Assembly: GCA_964577145.1 (NCBI GenBank)
Contig: CAZNXM010000006.1
Coordinates: 878 to 64,877 of the forward strand
Direction: 5' to 3'
DNA: 64,000 nucleotides
Source of the DNA: an uncultured Candidatus Poseidoniales archaeon
Lineage (GTDB): Archaea; Thermoplasmatota; Poseidoniia; Poseidoniales; Poseidoniaceae
The notes under the pieces are model-generated. The model was not told the origin of the DNA. It did no database searches and worked only from the letters and a program-made list of their open reading frames with translations. Below are positions 63,941 to 64,000 of this stretch, one piece after another. Positions within the stretch are counted from its first letter, which is position 1; every line of letters begins with the position of its first letter. Position numbers and translations under genes: made by a program.

Positions 63941-64000
63941 GTTTAGTTGACTATCAAAGGCCTGTCCGAGATCTTCGAGAATTACATCTACAATATTGGG

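Noticed and set aside
1-64000. Mobile elements, prophage, CRISPR array, rRNA
   Set aside because: I found no integrase, transposase or Cas-like ORF. There are no spacer-repeat arrays and no rRNA-like conserved stretches. The tRNA-Gln has no adjacent integrase.

Overview
This 64-kb window is gene-dense and prokaryotic: genes overlap by 4 nt, run in operon-like blocks, and have no introns. Most predicted proteins are strikingly acidic (D/E-rich), and GC looks moderate by eye. The gene content reads archaeal: a RibL-like FAD synthetase, a Gar1-like barrel, a Sulfolobus-type split (alpha/gamma-fused + beta) 2-oxoacid:ferredoxin oxidoreductase, and many type-I surface proteins with C-terminal TM anchors. 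Several bacterial-type genes are mixed in (gpsA, orn, eubacterial-type ribE), and there is one tRNA-Gln(CUG). This fits a marine or halophilic euryarchaeon, possibly of the Marine Group II / Poseidoniales kind, but I cannot prove the lineage from sequence alone.

Content in order along the window:
- A partial membrane protein.
- An XDH/CODH-family molybdoenzyme operon (small, large and FAD subunits). Its maturation genes (xdhC, mocA-like) plus an acyl-CoA dehydrogenase lie about 8 kb away on the same strand.
- Between those two blocks: two S8 subtilases flanking a 1347-aa polytopic membrane protein with a polyacidic tail, then orn.
- A Na/Ca exchanger and an aquaporin, divergently arranged.
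- A fused E1 alpha-beta TPP dehydrogenase.
- A trxB, moeB-rhodanese, receiver-domain protein and MFS transporter operon.
- A riboflavin cluster (ribB, ribL, ribE, ribH).
- An endonuclease-IV-like TIM barrel with a histone-H1-like KAAP tail.
- gpsA, a DUF393 protein, an FTR1 iron permease, and an ABC exporter next to surface-protein genes.
- A Gar1-like protein fused to RanBP2-type zinc fingers and RD/RG repeats.
- ahcY, then two giant surface proteins (2166 and 1363 aa) separated by a small acidic protein.
- acnA, a membrane-anchored cyclophilin, korA and korB, and the tRNA-Gln.

I found no CRISPR array, rRNA, or obvious mobile-element gene. Recurrent short GC-rich hairpins and TTGCGCAA-type palindromes sit just upstream of several start codons.
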